A stretch of DNA of 33,676 nt from a virus (lineage: Duplodnaviria > Caudoviricetes): the IMG/VR virus record IMGVR_UViG_3300021446_000034, positions 1-33,676 of that record. One strand, 5' to 3'. Below are positions 33,626 to 33,676 of this stretch, in pieces. Position numbers and translations under genes: made by a program. Below the pieces are notes generated by a model. The model ran no database searches. It worked only from the letters and a program-made list of their open reading frames with translations, and had not been told where the DNA came from. The first letter of the stretch is position 1, and every line of letters begins with the position of its first letter.

Positions 33626-33676
33626 CCTGTTATCCTCTGTTTGTTGCAGTTATGACAGTACCACAACTGATTGTGG

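Noticed and set aside
1-33676. Complete avoidance of GATC or CTAG sites, as in some haloviruses
   Set aside because: Both tetramers are visible repeatedly in the window; a partial bias would need counting.

Overview
This window is a fragment of a large, probably tailed, haloarchaeal virus genome. The proteins are strongly acidic and of archaeal type, and almost all genes are tightly packed on the minus strand. It holds the replication, recombination, nucleotide-metabolism and DNA-modification module: RFC large and small subunits, a family B polymerase split into two ORFs, a fused PriS/PriL-like primase, a probable divergent sliding clamp, RadA, a Sak4-like ATPase, a Cas4-like exonuclease, Hjc, an ERCC4 nuclease, class II ribonucleotide reductase with a LAGLIDADG intein, two DNA methyltransferases, QueE plus a DpdA/TGT-like protein, an HNH endonuclease, a MoxR/vWA pair and tRNA-Val. 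Five hidden patterns stand out. (1) Eight otherwise unrelated ORFs share a helical N-[VI]-x-[TS]-D-E-E module that is conserved at protein level. (2) The clamp loader and the four DNA-modification-linked proteins all end in the same [AG]-x-[SDT]-W tail, which suggests clamp-tethered, replication-coupled modification. (3) A roughly 650-nt ncRNA cluster is punctuated by tRNA-like elements. (4) That cluster contains two degenerate copies resembling the haloarchaeal type I-B CRISPR repeat. (5) A bipartite TAC-N12-TTTGAA motif occurs in three intergenic regions. All calls come from motif recognition by eye; no database searches were run.
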